Part shown: positions 49,801 through 64,000 of the stretch, in pieces | Position numbering within the stretch: position 1 is the stretch's first letter | Layout: each line of letters starts with the position of its first letter | From: Camelus dromedarius | Taxonomy: Eukaryota | Length of the DNA stretch: 64,000 nt | Assembly: GCF_036321535.1 (NCBI RefSeq) | Contig: NC_087437.1 | Location: 26,476,001 to 26,540,000, forward strand | Direction: 5' to 3' | Position numbers and translations under genes: made by a program | Notes under the pieces: generated by a model | Databases searched by the model: none | Told to the model about the DNA's origin: nothing | What the model saw: only the letters and a program-made list of their open reading frames with translations

Positions 49801-52791
49801 TTACTTACAATTTCTCATATCTCAAACCATCTTTCTATGGTCCTTTTCTTCTTTCTAACGTGAATATTTAGAAGTTCATTTAGAGAAGTCTCTTGGTGGT
49901 AAACTATTTTTGCTTATCAAAAATGTCTTTGCATCACTTTCATTCTTAAAAAAAATAGGTTGATCTACAATGCTAGATTGACACTTTGCACTCATTGTGG
50001 TTTTCATCATTGCTGCTGTACCTTTATGGATGAGCTGTTCTTTTTCTCTGGCTACTTCGGGAATCTTTTTGTCTTTGATGTTCTGCAGTTCCACTATTAT
50101 GTATCTATACCTGTGTTTCTTTTATTCTCCTTGGAAAAATAGAGTTATACCTGTCACTTCTGGAAAATTCTCAATCATCATCTCTTTAATTATTCCTTTT
50201 CCTCAATTCTCTCTACTCTTTTCTTTTAGGGTTCAGAATTAATGTTTCCTTGTCCTCTTCTGTTCTCCATATCTCTTAGCTTGTTTCCTGTTTTCTATCT
50301 TCTTAACTCTGCTGCATTCTGGGCAGTTTCTTCAGCCTAACGTTTGAATTCACTCTTTGACTGTGTTTCACCTGTTGTTAAACTTCTACACTGAGTTTTT
50401 TAATTTCTAAAAATCTAGTTTTTTTTTTATTTTTAGAAATCCCATTTTATTATTACACAGATCTTTCTCATGAGTCCCGATAGTCTCTTATTGCTTGCCT
50501 GTCTTTGTAGTTTCATACTTTATTTCTTTAGACCTTTCTTACCTACTTACTCTCTACCCTGTATGTGACAATCCCAATATCTACATAACTTGTGTGGTTT
50601 TTTCCATCGCTCTCACCCATAGTGTCTTGCCTCCTTGTATACTTGACGATCTTAGATTGTGAATTTATATTTCCTTGATCTTAAGTAAGTGGGAATTCTA
50701 ATGGCTTAAATTGAGGACACTTCCTTTTGAAGATGGTCTGCACCTGCTTCTGCCATGTGCCCAGGAGTGCTAGCAATCTGGGGTTACTTCAACCCTTTCT
50801 GTGATGTCCCCTAAATGTAGGAGTATCCGATGTACCCCCCTCATTCAGAGCTGCATTGGCATTTGCATTTAGACCAACTCTCATCTCACCAGCTTGCACT
50901 AATAACCTGCTCAAGTTTCTGCTCAAAACTTACTTCTCTTTATTTGGTGGGAAGAGGACTCTTTGAAGATTTTTCTAATTCTGAGAGCCAAGCAAAACAT
51001 TGAAAAATGTTTCTGATCCAGATCTAGTTGTTTTGCAGCAGGATGACTCTCCCACATTATCTAGTCCACCATGACGCCAGAAGCAAATTTAATTTAAAAT
51101 ACTTCCACAATTTTGCATCTTCTGTCTTTCATTCAATAACTATGAATTGAACCTAGGTTTCAGGCTTGGGTACTGGTTGATGCTATTTAATGACAGAAGG
51201 AATAGGGAAGATGAACAACACTAAGGAAAGAGATGTTAAGCTTAGTTGACTTTTCAGCACTTGGGAGATACCTGGTGAAGATGTTGCATGGCAGTTAGAT
51301 ACAGAGCTCTGTAGTTCAGAAGAGACACTCAGACCCAAGAGAACACTTCAAAAATGAGTAAGAGACATTTGCAATGAAAACAGAATGAGTGGCCAGAGAA
51401 GTCAGATGGGGAACCGGGAGCCAGTAAATCATAAATGCCCAAGGAAGAGAATTTCTCCAAATGGTAGGAATGGTCAAGAGTAGCAAATGATGCTGAGAAG
51501 TCAAGTAGGAGAATTGAAAGATGCTCATTGGATTTGCAACAGAGAGGCTGTTTTAGAAATTGGCAAATGCAGATTTAAGGTGGATGGTAGGGAAGTAAAC
51601 CATATTGCAATGGGTTAAGGAAAAAAGATGGAAAGCAAAGGGGCTGAGACTTTCTTCCTTCAAGTATTTTGGCAGTAAAGTAGAGAATAAAGAGAAAATA
51701 GCCCAAAAGAACATAATGGGTAAGGAGAGGATTGTCATTTTAATTGGAGAGGCCTGAACATGGTTAAATGCCGATGGGATGGCACTAGTAGAGATGGAGA
51801 TGTTAAAAATACAGAAGAGAAGGCAGATAAATAATATAATGATACCTCAGGGCTCATCTGAAAAAGGAAAAAAAAAGTCTGGGATCCAAAGTGAGTTGGC
51901 TAGAATTGGCCTTAGACGAACGATGGGACACCTTCACTGTTACAGCAGTATCTAATTGTAGATTTTTGACCTTTTCACCACAGTATAAGAGACATACAGA
52001 AAAGAGAACCAATGATAAATCTATATACCATGATGAATTTTCACAAAGTGACCTCACCCAGTTACAGCACCCAGATCAAGAACAATCTCAGGAGGCAAGA
52101 GTTCTCTTTATCTTGCCCATTTTAAGTCATTACTCTCTTCTCAGAATTTTAACTACTTTTCTGACTCCTCCAAAGTCGTAGGAGAACATTTTGCCTATGT
52201 ACTTTATGTACATAAAGTTCTACTGACAGAGTAGGTCCTTTTTTGAAACTTTCTGGCTTCTTTCCCTCAGATGTTTGTGAGAATCATTCATGTTTTTGCC
52301 TGTAATTGTAGTTTGCTCAATTGTAGTTGCTGTATTGTATTCCATTACGTGACCACACCATAGTGTATTTATTCGTCCCACTATTGGTACATACTTGGTT
52401 TAGTTTCTATGTTTTTGCTATTATGAATATAAATACTTTTGTACCTGTATGTTGGTAAGCAGGTTCCTAGGAATGGGATTGCTCATAGGTTCAGGGTCAG
52501 TATATACTATAAAATAACATTCCAAAGAGATTTTACCGTGGCACTAGCAGCAGAGGAAAATTTCAGTTACTCCACATCTAACATGACATTTGGTATTATC
52601 TCTTTTTAATTGTAAACATTTTGCTGGGTACATGATGGTGTTTATTATGGCTTTAATTTGCATATTCCCAGTGGCAAATCTCTATTTGTGAGTGTGCTTT
52701 TCACATGTTTGTTCACATGTTTGGACACTTTTTTGGTGAAGTGCTGGCAGTAGTGTTGACAATGCAGGAGTTCATCAAGTGGATGTATCTT

Positions 52792-53042
52792 TTTTGTTTT
52801 GTTTTATTTAATTTTTTAAACATTTTTTATTGAGTTATAGTCATTTTACAATGTTGTGTCAAATTCCAGTATAGAGCACAATTTTTCAGTTATACATGAA
52901 CATACATACATTCATTGTCACATTCTCTTTCGCTGTGAGCCACTACAAGATCCTGTAACTATTTCCCTGTGCTACACAGTCCAATCTTGTTTATCTATTC
53001 TACATTCTGAAATCCCAGTCCCTTCACACCCCCCGGCCCCCT
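52792..53042 (-). mobile_element. Young short L1 3' end with perfect TSD
   Basis: AAGTGGATGTATCTT at 52777-52791 and 53043-53057; T-rich tail. Confidence 0.9.
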
Positions 53043-55239
53043 AAGTGGATGTATCTTGAGTTGTCCTTTCTTTTTGAAAAATCAGGTAAGTTGAGAAACA
53101 GTAAAAGACAACTTAGCTATGATTTGTGTGGCAGTGAGCTTTCAAAGACTTGGAAATGAATAAACACATGTTTAGAAAAATGTGTAACAGCAAAACTTAA
53201 AATATAGAGTATGGCACTTAGTTAATCAAATGGGCTAGACATTATCGGTTTGCCTCCCAGTATCTGTTCTTCCTTGCTAACAGAATCAGAAATTTACTTG
53301 GGGTGAGTGGAGCAGGCAGTAACAAAATCAATTTAAAATACTTCCAAAAGCTATGGTGAGCATCTAGTTACTTCATAGAAAGCTATTTTCCCCAATATTA
53401 AAAAAAAAAAAAAAAAAAAGACAGCCAGAATAAGCTTTGTACTTTTAACCTGTCCTCCCTCTTGTCCAGATTGTTATGATGCGGCGTTGAGATGGGGCAG
53501 CCATTTGGGACTCTGCTGAGGATGTTGGGACTAGAGGGGAGAAGGGACCTGCTTTCTCAAGTGCTTTGCCAGCCTTGCACTTCCCACTCCGGCTTGTGTT
53601 ATGTTGGATAAATAAACTCCTTATTTGCTTAAGCTACTATGAATCAGCTTCTGTTAAATGCAACCACAACATCCATCTTCCTACCCAACCTTGGGTCCCT
53701 AAACATTCTGGTTTATCCAGTGTTGCTTTTCCCTAATGAGTTAAGCGCTTGAGGAAGCGCTTGATAGTCACTGTATGCCTTCTGTAACAGCGGCTGAACT
53801 GGCCGCATCGTGGAAAATTGCTCCACCAGTTTTGTTGCACTAATACATTAAATTGTTCCCTAGAGGATTCCAGGATTTAATGTCCATTCCTAAATGTCAC
53901 ACTAGCTGATGGAGAATTCCCTATGAGTTTTAACTCATTTTTCTCTGATTTACCATGTGCAGAAAGAGGATTCTCGAATCATATGTGAAGCGTTCCAGTC
54001 CCAGAAAGTTGTGCTTGAGGTTGAGGGGCTTGTTGTAGAATTCCGCAGGGAAGAGCACAAAGCCTGTAAAAATATCGGCCAGTCTTGTTATCTGATATGT
54101 GAGAGAAATGCAGGCACAATACTCCCCAAAGAGATAACATCTAATTTTGCTTGATCTCAGTCCCAGAAGGCAAGCAAGGAAATTTAATTTAATTAAGGAA
54201 CCTTCCATAAAACTATTAAAATGAGGCTTTAAGGGTTTTTTGTTTGTTTTTCTCTAGTAAAGATTTCACTTCTAGGAAAAATATTTCTGGTCCACAAACA
54301 TACTGATGATTAGAGAACTAAAAGTATAAATTGAATAATGATTGTTACATTTAAAAGTAACTTTTAAAGTGAATATTAAAACATAGCTGTTTTTAAAATA
54401 TTTGATACTTGAAGAAAATGAACATCACCACCACCACCTACAGCGCCCTCATCTTTGTTGAGAAACAAATAGTTGGCAGCTAGTTGTGAACGTAGCAAGA
54501 CTCTCAAAGATCCTGTGTTGCTTTACCATTTCAGGCTTATTCAGACTTGTGATATGAAAGGATGTACATTGACCAAGGAGACCAACAGCAAGACAAAAAC
54601 ATAAAGAAACACATGAGTTGAGAGTAGGATAATGATACTATCTTTAGATGAAAAGTAAATGTTTTCAGAAGTGAAGAGGTAAATAAGACCAGATAGATAA
54701 TGAAGGTGGTATTCAGAACTGTTAATGGCTAGAATTCAAAATAATGTCTAGGTCAGTTAAAAGGAAACACTCCCAATACTTTTCCTTTATGTTGCAGAGA
54801 TCAAACCCATTGATGAATGTGGTGCTGTTTTCAAAACCTCTTTAACATGATACACTTAAGCTGAACAATGTATTTGCTATCCATTCTTCTTAGTAGGTAA
54901 TAGATATTCCTTGTATTATTGATATTTTTCAAATCATGTAACAAGTATTGAGCTCTTGCTATAGTTGTACATATTGGTATGGGCTAAAGATAATATTTTT
55001 AAAAAGCTCCTGTCTTCTGATTTAAAGTCTAGGCAGGGAAGTAACACACAGAAAGAAGTTAAGTAATACAGTCTGTCTGGAAGATACAAGAGACAAACAA
55101 GGGTAGGATTATATACCATTAGATCACAGAATCAGATAGTCAGTTCTCCAGAAGGGCAGAGATGGAGAAAATTAATGGAGGTTGGAATTATAGGAAAATA
55201 GTAAAAGGGTGTTTCATAGAGAAGGTTCAACTACTGTTA

Positions 55240-57318
55240 AATCTTAAAGAATGTGTGGGACTTTGATTTTCAAGATCATGGAGCGAATATGAGCTACAGG
55301 TTTCCCTGCCGACTAGAAAAACAACCCACAGAATAAGAGAAGATATTTTAAAGAAAGGACACATCAAGTGAAGTATTAATTCAGAATATATAAGTAAACT
55401 ATAAACCAATAAAAAGAGTAACAACCTGTAAGAAAATAGGGCAAAGATGTGAATGTGCACTTTAGAGAAGGGGTTCCCAAAGCCAATAACCATAGGAGAA
55501 GGTGCTCAACTGCTTTAATCACCAGGAAACATCAGATTAAAACTACTGTGTGCCATCTTATACCCATTTAGGATGGTTACTAGTAAAAAAAAAAAAAAAT
55601 AGAAACCAAGTGTTAGTAAAAATATGGAGAAATTGGAACCGTTGTGAACTATTGCTGAAAATGTAAAATGGGGTAGCTATGGAAAGCAGTATGGTAGTTC
55701 CTCAAAAAATTAACAGTAGAATCTAGGAATTCCACTTCTGAGTATATACCCAAAAGAACTGAAAGCAAGAACTCATGTATTTGTACACTCATGTTCATAG
55801 TTGCAGTATTCACAATAACTAAAAGGTGGAAACATCCCAAATGCTCATTACTGATTGAGTGGATAAACAAAATGTGGTATATACATACAATGGAATATTA
55901 TTCAGCCTTAAAAGGGAGGAAATTCTGACACATCCTATACCACAGATAGACCTTGAGGGTATTATGCTAAGTGAAATCAACCAGTTATAAAAGGACAAAT
56001 ACTGTATGATTTCTCTTATATGAGGTACATAGAGTAGTCCAGTTCACAGAGGCAGAAAACAAGATAGTGGTTGACTGGGGTTAGGGTAGGGGAAGAAATT
56101 GGAAGCTACTGTTTAATGGGTATGGAGTTTCAGTTTTGCAAGATGAAGAGACCTGTGGAAGGGTGGTGGCAATGGTGCACAACACTGTGAATGCACTTAA
56201 TACCACTGAACTGTACACTTAAAAATGGTTAAGATAGCAAATTTTATGTTATGTGTATTTTACCACAATTTTAAAAATTGTTTAAACTTGCAGTACTACT
56301 GCATACCTGTCAGATGGCAAAAATAAAAAAAAGATAGGAACTACCAACTATTGGTAGAAACTACTGGTAATCCAACCAGAACTATACATACACTGTTATT
56401 AAGGGTGTAAAACAGTACAATCATTTCAGAATGCTGTTTGCAGTGTCTGCTAAAACTGAATATATACAAAACTTAACACCCCACAATTCCACTCTCTTAT
56501 ATATAACCAAGTGAAAATGCTTACATGCCTTTTCCAAAAGATTACAAGAATGTGCACAGCAGAATTCATAACAGCTACAAACTGGAAAGTACTCAAATGC
56601 CTATCAATCATAGAATGGATGAATCAACTGTGTTACATTTGCACAATGGAATATTGTACAGCAGTGAGAAAGAACAAAACTAAAACTATTTTCAGCAGTA
56701 TGGATAAACCGCACAAACATACAGTTAAGCAAAAGAAGCCACACAAAGTATGTCTTTTGAGGGTGGATTATTTGAAGGTTGCCCTGGGGTGCTGTTGTAG
56801 ACCAGTTTCTTGATCTGTGCGCTGGTTGTATGGATATTTTAATTCCAAAAATTCAACAAGCTATACACCTACGATTGGAGCCCTTTTCTGTATTTTTGTT
56901 ATACCTTAAAAGAAAAAAAATTTTTTTAACCCAGCAGTTTTGTGTGTGTCGGGGGGGGGTGGAATTTGATGAAAAGATTATAGGATTTATATAGAAATGC
57001 AAAGAACAAAAATAATCAAGATAATCTTGAAGAACAAGACTAGAGAATGCTTTCTATTGGCCATGTGTGTGATACTGGCACAGGAATATACATAAAGGTC
57101 AACAGGACAGAATAGAGACTCCAGAAATAGTCAATTTTTCAACACATGTCAAGGTAATTCAGTGAATGGGTGGGGGAGAAGTGTGTCTTTTCAACAAATA
57201 TTGCTGGAATGATTGAGTATCTATATGCAGAAAAATGAATCTCTGCCCTTACATTTCAATCTCTTGCAAAAATTAACTTGAAATGGACCCTAACCTGAAA
57301 TGTAAGAACTAAAAGTAA

Positions 57319-57351
<33 letters not shown>

Positions 57352-57960
57352 AAAAAAAACCCCAAAAACCTTCTAGAAGAAAACAAAACAGAAAATCTTC
57401 ATGACTTTGAATTAGGCAAATAATTCTTAAAACATGAAAGCATGAACTATATAAAAGAAAAAAATTGATAAACTGGGTTTATCAAAAAGTTTAAAATTTC
57501 TGCTCTTTATAACTGGAACTCTCATACACTGATGATGGAAATGTAAAATAGTATAACCACTTTGGAAAACAACTTGGACATTTCTTAAAAACTTAAACAT
57601 ACATCTGCCACATGACCCAACTGTTACACTACTAGGTATTTAACCAAGAGAATTAAATTTTAAATATATATCTATACAAAGACTTGCATAAGAATGCAAA
57701 CTTTATTTGTAATAGCCAAAAACTAAAAAACCAAAAAACAAAATCAACCAAAAAAAAAAAAAGAACCAACAAAAAAACCAATAAACAAAAGCCCCAAATG
57801 TCCATCAGCAGGTGTTTGGACTAGCAAATTGTGATATAGCCATATAATGGAATACTATTCAGCAATAAAAGGAAACACGTTTTTTATATATTCAACAATG
57901 AATCTGAAATCATGGCAAACGGAAGAAGCCAGACCCAAAAAAGTGTGCATGCTAATTGAG
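55240..57960 (+). mobile_element. Nested L1 fragments (L1MB-like core 55540-56280); (CAA)n at 57319-57350
   Basis: Core homologous to 8008-8660; flanking older L1 ORF2/3' relics; approximate. Confidence 0.8.
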
Positions 57961-58109
57961 TTGACCTAAGTAGCTTAGAAAAACAATGTTTTCATTGGAT
58001 ACTGTAAGGCCAACAAAGAAAACTATGTACAAACACTATGCTTTATTTGGTAAATTTGTTTCTCATAGGGGTATGGTTAATAGTTAGGAAACTATTTTAT
58101 ACGTTATAT

Positions 58110-59090
58110 TTGCTAGGGCTGTTATTGCAAATTACCACAGACTTGGTGGCTTAAAACAATAGAAATTTATTCTCTCACTATTCTGGAGAGTAGGAATCCA
58201 AAATCAAGGTGTTGTCAAGGCCACGAGTCTCTGAAGTCTCTAGAGGAGAATCCTTCCCTGGCCCTTCAAGTTTCTGGTGGCTCTGGGTGTTCTTTGGCTG
58301 ATAGATTCATCACTCTAATCTCTGCCTCTGTCTTTTTTTTTTTTTTTTTTTTTTGGTTGGTCCCACTTTTTTTGTATATATACATATGTATATATTTATT
58401 GAAGTATAGTCAGTTGACAATGTTGTGTCAATTTCTGGTGTATAGCACAATGCTTCAGTCGTACAAGAACATACATATATTTGTTTTTATATTCTTTTTC
58501 ACCATAAGCTACTACAAGACATTAAATATAGTTCCCTGTGCTACACAGTATGAACTTGTTGTTTATCTATTTTATATATATTATTTAGTATCTGCAAATC
58601 TTGAACTCCCAATTTATCCGTTCCCACACTCTTCCGGTAACCATAAATTTGTTTTCTATGTCTGTGAGTCTGTTCCTGGTAACCATAAATTTGTTTTCTA
58701 TGTCTGTGAGTCCGTTTCCGTTTTGTAAATAAGTTTGCCTTATTTTTTAGATTTCATATATAAGTGATATCATATGATAGTTTTCTTTCTCTTTCTGGCT
58801 TACTTCATTTAGAATGACAATCTCCAGGTCCATCCATGTTGCTGCAAATTCTGCCTCTGTCTTTACATGGCTTTCTCTTCTTTTCTCTCTGTGTCTCACC
58901 TCTATGTTTCTCTTACATGCACACTTGTCATTGGATTTAAGGCCCACTAGGATAATCCAGGATAAGGGTCTTGAGATGGTTAACTTAACAACATCTGCAA
59001 AAATCCTTTTTTCAAATAAGGTGACATTCACAACTTCCAGTGGTTGGAACATGGACATGTCTTTTTGAGGGCACCAATCAACCCAATATT
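58110..59090. mobile_element. MLT1 LTR interrupted by a young L1
   Basis: ggtggcttaaaacaatagaaatttattctctcac...; resumes cattggatttaaggccca...tccttttttcaaataaggtgacattcac. Confidence 0.8.
58336..58849 (-). mobile_element. Young 5'-truncated L1
   Basis: Perfect 15-bp TSD TCTGCCTCTGTCTTT at 58321-58335 and 58850-58864; T22 tail; same family as 10457-11425. Confidence 0.92.
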
Positions 59091-59264
59091 CACATACATA
59101 AAAACTGAGTAAGTAAGAAAATATATTAGAAGTAATGACAGCCAGGTTTCTCACTGTCAGATAAAGAAATTATAAATAAGCAAGGGGGAGAGGTAAGAAT
59201 GAACCTAGTGGTGCTAGATTAGAGTGACAGGTATCAGCATGAACTTATATTTATATTAATATGT

Positions 59265-59340
59265 AGAAAGAAAGAAAGAAAAAGAAAGAAAGAAAGAGAA
59301 AGAAAGAGAGAGAGAAAGAGAGAGAGAAAGAGAAAGACAG
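59265..59340. repeat. (GAAA)n/(GA)n purine repeat
   Basis: Direct reading. Confidence 0.9.
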
Positions 59341-59887
59341 ACATATATTTCCTATCTCTGTCCACTGAGAGAAGCTGAAAGCAATGTTTCTCAAGTAGCA
59401 ACAAGCACACTGAGAACCCAGATCTTGGTTACTGTTCTCCAACAAACAGAGCTTCTTGAAGAAAGGATTATCTCTAGGGTTAGGGCAGGGAGAGTATGAT
59501 ATGAGCCTGGAGCAACTTACAGGGCCAGAAGGTAAGGAAGTATCCAGAAAAGACAAATCTATGGAGACAAAAAGTAGATTAGTGATTGCCCAGTGCTGAG
59601 AGTGGTGGAGGATGACTGCAAATGGACATGAGGTTTCTTTGGAGGGTGGAGGGGTGTGGAAATACTCAAAAATTAAATAACAGTTTTTGGTGTGTGCATT
59701 TTACTTTAATGACAAAGTTCAAATTAAAAGAAAAATTTTGGCAATTAGATAAAATCTCTGCCATACCACTTGCTGGACATTACTTAATCTCACCGAGCTG
59801 CCGTTTCCTGACTGATGCAATAAAGATATACAATACTTGCTCAAAAGAGAACTATTAACTTGAGAACTATTAAATGAGATTTTATAC

Positions 59888-59892
<5 letters not shown>

Positions 59893-59927
<35 letters not shown>
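59893..59927. repeat. (TG)n microsatellite
   Basis: Direct reading, about 17 units. Confidence 0.95.
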
Positions 59928-59932
<5 letters not shown>

Positions 59933-61429
59933 CACAGGGTCAGGTACAGGTAAATAGATAATAAAAGGCTGTCATCAATACTGCTGTCATCATCCTCACC
60001 GTTACCATGGGCAAGGGGAGCCTTCTCCCCAGTTCTGGGCCATACTTTATTGCATAAGCCCCCAGAGCATCCCAGCTTGGGTCAGGTCTCACAAAGTCCC
60101 GCGTGACTACCTGTATTTGCTTTTAGCCTCTCTGGAGTGTTCCAAAATCAGCCAAGGGAGAAGAGACGTCATCCTGTCTGCTCATCACAAAAGATCTATT
60201 CATCTGCTCACTACAAAAGATCCCATGCCTCTGGCCAGGCCCGCCCTTCTCCCTGTTCCCCATGGTTTGAGTGAGGATGGAAAGAAGCCCTGGATTGGTT
60301 GGAGCCTTTGAACAAGGCACCTTCCAATGTTAACTAAACTGAAGATAATTTTCATGTGACTCAAGCTCAGGCACTGGTCATGATGTGGTATTTCAGCATA
60401 AAAACATAATATTAACGTTAATTGAAGCAAGCCGAGTCTATGAAGGGGTATGAGCTTCTAATTAATGAGTTAACAGAAATTGTAGAATAATTAGCTGGAA
60501 AGGGGGCCCTACAGTTAATCAGCACCAGAGGTCAGTCACAATAGCCAAATAAAAAGATGGCTCGGTGATATATTCCAAGCTGATAAATTTCCCAAATATC
60601 CTGCAAGGGGTTACCAAGCACAGTCTCAACTTCCAGGGAAAGAAATCCCAGCGGTTCCACTAATGGTGATAAAACAACAATAAAGGCACATATGTCATTT
60701 ATAAACCTAATAGACCTAATCAGCCTATCCCAACACAGGGCAAAGCATTATATAATCTTGGCCAGAGGAGTCTTAAAATACAGTATTTGCAGAGACAAAC
60801 ACCAAATTCTGGTGACAAAATTAAATCTAGAGAAAGGAGTAGACTTAAAAAGACTAAGAAAACTAAGTTTTACAATAAGAAAAAAGAGGCTTGGATTTGA
60901 ATCACTTGGGGAGAGAAAACAATTTTGTGCCCCAGCCAAAAAATGGTTAAAAAATACAGAACCTCAGTGAATTTTGGGATGTGGTGATAATTGTAACCTA
61001 GTATCAAACTGAAACATTAGGAAAATGTCCAAATAAATTCATCCATAATCCTAGGGAGATATAAAGCAACCTTAATGAAGAAATAAATTCAACATATGGT
61101 ATTTGATATTTAGAATAATTTAAATATTGTAGTAAGTTTTGTTATCACATGTGTGTGTTTTGCCTGCTATTTCAGGTGTTGAAGTGTTAAAAAGAATCGA
61201 TCATATTGAATCTGCAATTTCAATTTAAATTACAGTAATTTAATCAAATTTAATATCATTGTTTAAATGCTCAATCTATTGAGCATTAAGCAAAGTTCCA
61301 ATCATTGTAGGTGTTCCTCTCTGTGCAAAAAGCATCTCAGATATTAGGGACTAATCCATGCACCCAGCACAACCAACCTCTGGGGAGAGAAGGACCACGA
61401 CTCACCAGGTACCCTGTGCCCTGGGAGAT

Positions 61430-61790
61430 CCGTCTACATCAGCTCCTGCTGCCATAAGATGTACCGCAGGCTGGGGCGAGGAAGTGGGGCTTAAACAACA
61501 GAAATTTGCTTCCTCACAGTTCTGGAGGCGAGAAGCCAGAGATCAAGGTGTCAGCAGCATTGATTTCTTCTGAGGGCTCTCTCCTTGGCTGCTAGATGGC
61601 ATCTGGCTCCCTCTGCCGTCACGTGGTTTTCCCTCTACACCTGAATCCTAACCTTCTCCTTGAATACTCCCATATTGGTTGAAGGTTCACCCACATGATT
61701 GCCTCTTTAAAGGCCATGTCTCCAAATACAGTCACATTCTGTGGTACTTCAACATATGAATTTTGGAGGGACACGATGCAGCCCATAACA
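61430..61790. mobile_element. MLT1A-like LTR
   Basis: ggcttaaacaacagaaatttgcttcctcacagttctggaggc...ccaaatacagtcacattctg...acttcaacatatgaattttggagggacac. Confidence 0.8.
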
Positions 61791-63739
61791 ATATCTAAAA
61801 CCCAAGAGTCTGAGGCTTGTTCACTGCAGGCAGAAGGACTCAGCCTTGGAAGGTTGCTGAGGTGGCAACTATAGGGGAGGGAGAGAAGGAATTGAGTGAT
61901 CAGAGGAGCTGGAATTGGGCAGAAGGGGATGTCTTGTGGGAGAGACAGAGGAGTGAGTCCTAAGGGTTGTGGCACAGAGATCCCCCTCACTGCACACTGG
62001 TCACCGGGGTGCTTTAAAACGTCTCAGTGCCAAGGTCATTTATCAGAACCATTGAATCAGAATGTCTGGGGGTGAGACTCGAGTATCAATAACTTTGAAA
62101 GCTTCCCAGGTGATTCTAATTGTGTAGCCCAGGTTGAAAGCCCAAAGCTTTGATCATGAGTTCTTGAGCTTCAGTACTCACGCAAGGCAAGTTAGACTAG
62201 AGGATATAACCTTCAGACTGGACAGCCCCCACCCCCACATCAAAGTCAGTGGCAGATCCTTTGGTCATCTTCACTCTGGGCCAGGGGATCATGAGAAAGG
62301 GCCACTGGCGGAAATGGCTCCTCCTGACAATTAAAAAGGCCAATACTCGGGTCTTCCTTGACTCTTCCCAGGCACTTTGCCCCCGATATTGAGCCCCCAG
62401 TGTGTTTCCATGGCTGTGTCCAACCCCCCCAACCCTCCCCACTGTCTGTTCTCAAGAAGAAAGGAGGAAGTGAGAAGGCTAGTTTTGAATATTTTCAGAT
62501 ACATATATTTCCAAATGCGTTGGGAACGTTTGAACCATGTTAATGGGGTGAATACTGCTACCCACTCCTTCAGGAATACTACATCATGGAAATACTGTAC
62601 TTAGAACAACACAGTATCACCATGGACCCCCCTGACCTGTGCAAATATTAGTCTTTAACTGAAATGACCAAAACCAGATGTTTCATATCTAGAATGTTTT
62701 CTCACAGAGAGTTTCAATAGAAATATTTCAGCTCTCCAGATACATCCAAATAAAATATTTGGTTTTGAAACATTCTATTTTAAAAGTCAGTGAGTTGTAA
62801 CTTCATTACAACAGAAAAGCATGAATGAGGGAGCTGTTTTCATCCTTCATTTCTCATCTTCAGGCTGAGCAAGGGTGAACTGTGAAAAGTGATGAAATTC
62901 TGAACTCTGGTGATTCAGAGATGATTTTTCAAAAACATGCATCCCTGATGTAATGAAATTGAGAAATGCCAGTGACATTAACTGTAAAACCTGCTTGGTG
63001 ACTCCTTTCACATAGATTTGCATTATGAAACCAGAAGTGGCTTTTGATTAGAAAAATTTGTCCCCAGGATGTAATAAAATCATGCATATAGCCAAATTTT
63101 AAAGTCGTATCTTCAGAGAAAAATGTATCACTCTAAAGAGACTTAGTATTATCCAAATCTCAATATTAATAATACAGTATATTTAAAATAAACTCCAGGG
63201 GAAAACTGGAAAATGAAAATATTCTACTATACTTCTCAAATTTTAATTTGCATAAGAATCAACTAGGGATCTTATAAATTCCAATTCTGATAAGGGACCA
63301 AGATTCTGCATTTCTAGCAAGCTCTCAGGGGATATTGTTGCTGCCAGTCTATAGACCAAGGTCTTTGAAAGCTTGATTTCCCCCTTCATTAATTATACCC
63401 ACTCCAAAGGTAACAATTTCTAAAGCTTTAATTCTTCACTAACATTTTCAGCAGCTTTGAACAGTCTTCACCATTACAATTTTATGTCTATTAACATTAT
63501 CTACCCTCTTCCCCAAGTTTTATTTTTTAACTCCTTAGAGGGTCTCTTTGTAAACAAATTTTCCCTTATCCCCCTTTTTATACTTGATTATATAGTCTAT
63601 AAACAATGTGTAAAGGTCATCAACTCATTATTAATTAGCAAACCAAGGCTTCTCCCCAGTGCCTGGGAGGAAGTGTACTAGTGAGACAATTGCTAGTGTT
63701 TAACAACTGTCACCAGCAGCACCTCCAGTAATAGTAGTG

Positions 63740-64000
63740 GTAACTACTGCTGATTGACGCTATTTGTCACACAGTGGTATAAGTGATTTATTTAATTCAT
63801 CTTAATTAATTGTTATAAGAACCCAATGAATAGGTATTTATTTTGTTTAGCAGTTATGTAATGCTTTCTATGTGCCAAGCATTGTTCTACATGCTCTTCA
63901 AATATTCAGTCAATCATCATAAACTGTATAAAGCTATTCTCATACTCATTTTACAGATGAGAAAGCTGAGGCCTAGTGATGTTAGGCAACTTGCCCAAAG
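63740..64000. mobile_element. MIR fragments
   Basis: cattttacagatgagaaagctgaggc...aacttgcccaa MIR core. Confidence 0.75.

Noticed and set aside
53930..54208. Overlapping short ORFs in unique sequence, possible retrogene
   Set aside because: No recognisable protein similarity, polyA tail or TSD.
1..64000. CRISPR arrays, operons or prokaryotic defence systems
   Set aside because: The sequence is mammalian intron/exon DNA; no regularly spaced repeat-spacer structure was seen.

Overview
Mammalian genomic DNA, very probably camelid (alpaca/camel), because it carries three tRNA-Ala-derived Vic-1-type SINEs. It holds the last four coding exons and 3' UTR of RNF13 (+ strand; PA-TM-RING E3 ligase). 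Convergent with it is the complete PFN2 (profilin-2) gene (- strand), with two alternative 98-nt terminal coding exons (isoforms 2a/2b) and a CpG-island promoter. The rest is intron and intergenic DNA dominated by L1, L2, MIR, MLT1 LTRs and hAT/Tigger DNA-transposon relics; repeat family names and most repeat boundaries are by-eye estimates. I found no new protein-coding system. The most notable non-obvious elements are: an atypical iron-responsive element in the PFN2 3' UTR; a U6 snRNA 5' fragment embedded inside an L1 copy; an isolated 37-bp-arm hairpin in an RNF13 intron; inverted SINE and L1 pairs bracketing RNF13 exons; a SINE with a ~42-bp flanking duplication; a TSD/polyA-bounded composite insertion inside an LTR; and a G-tract-separated 3' splice site in PFN2.
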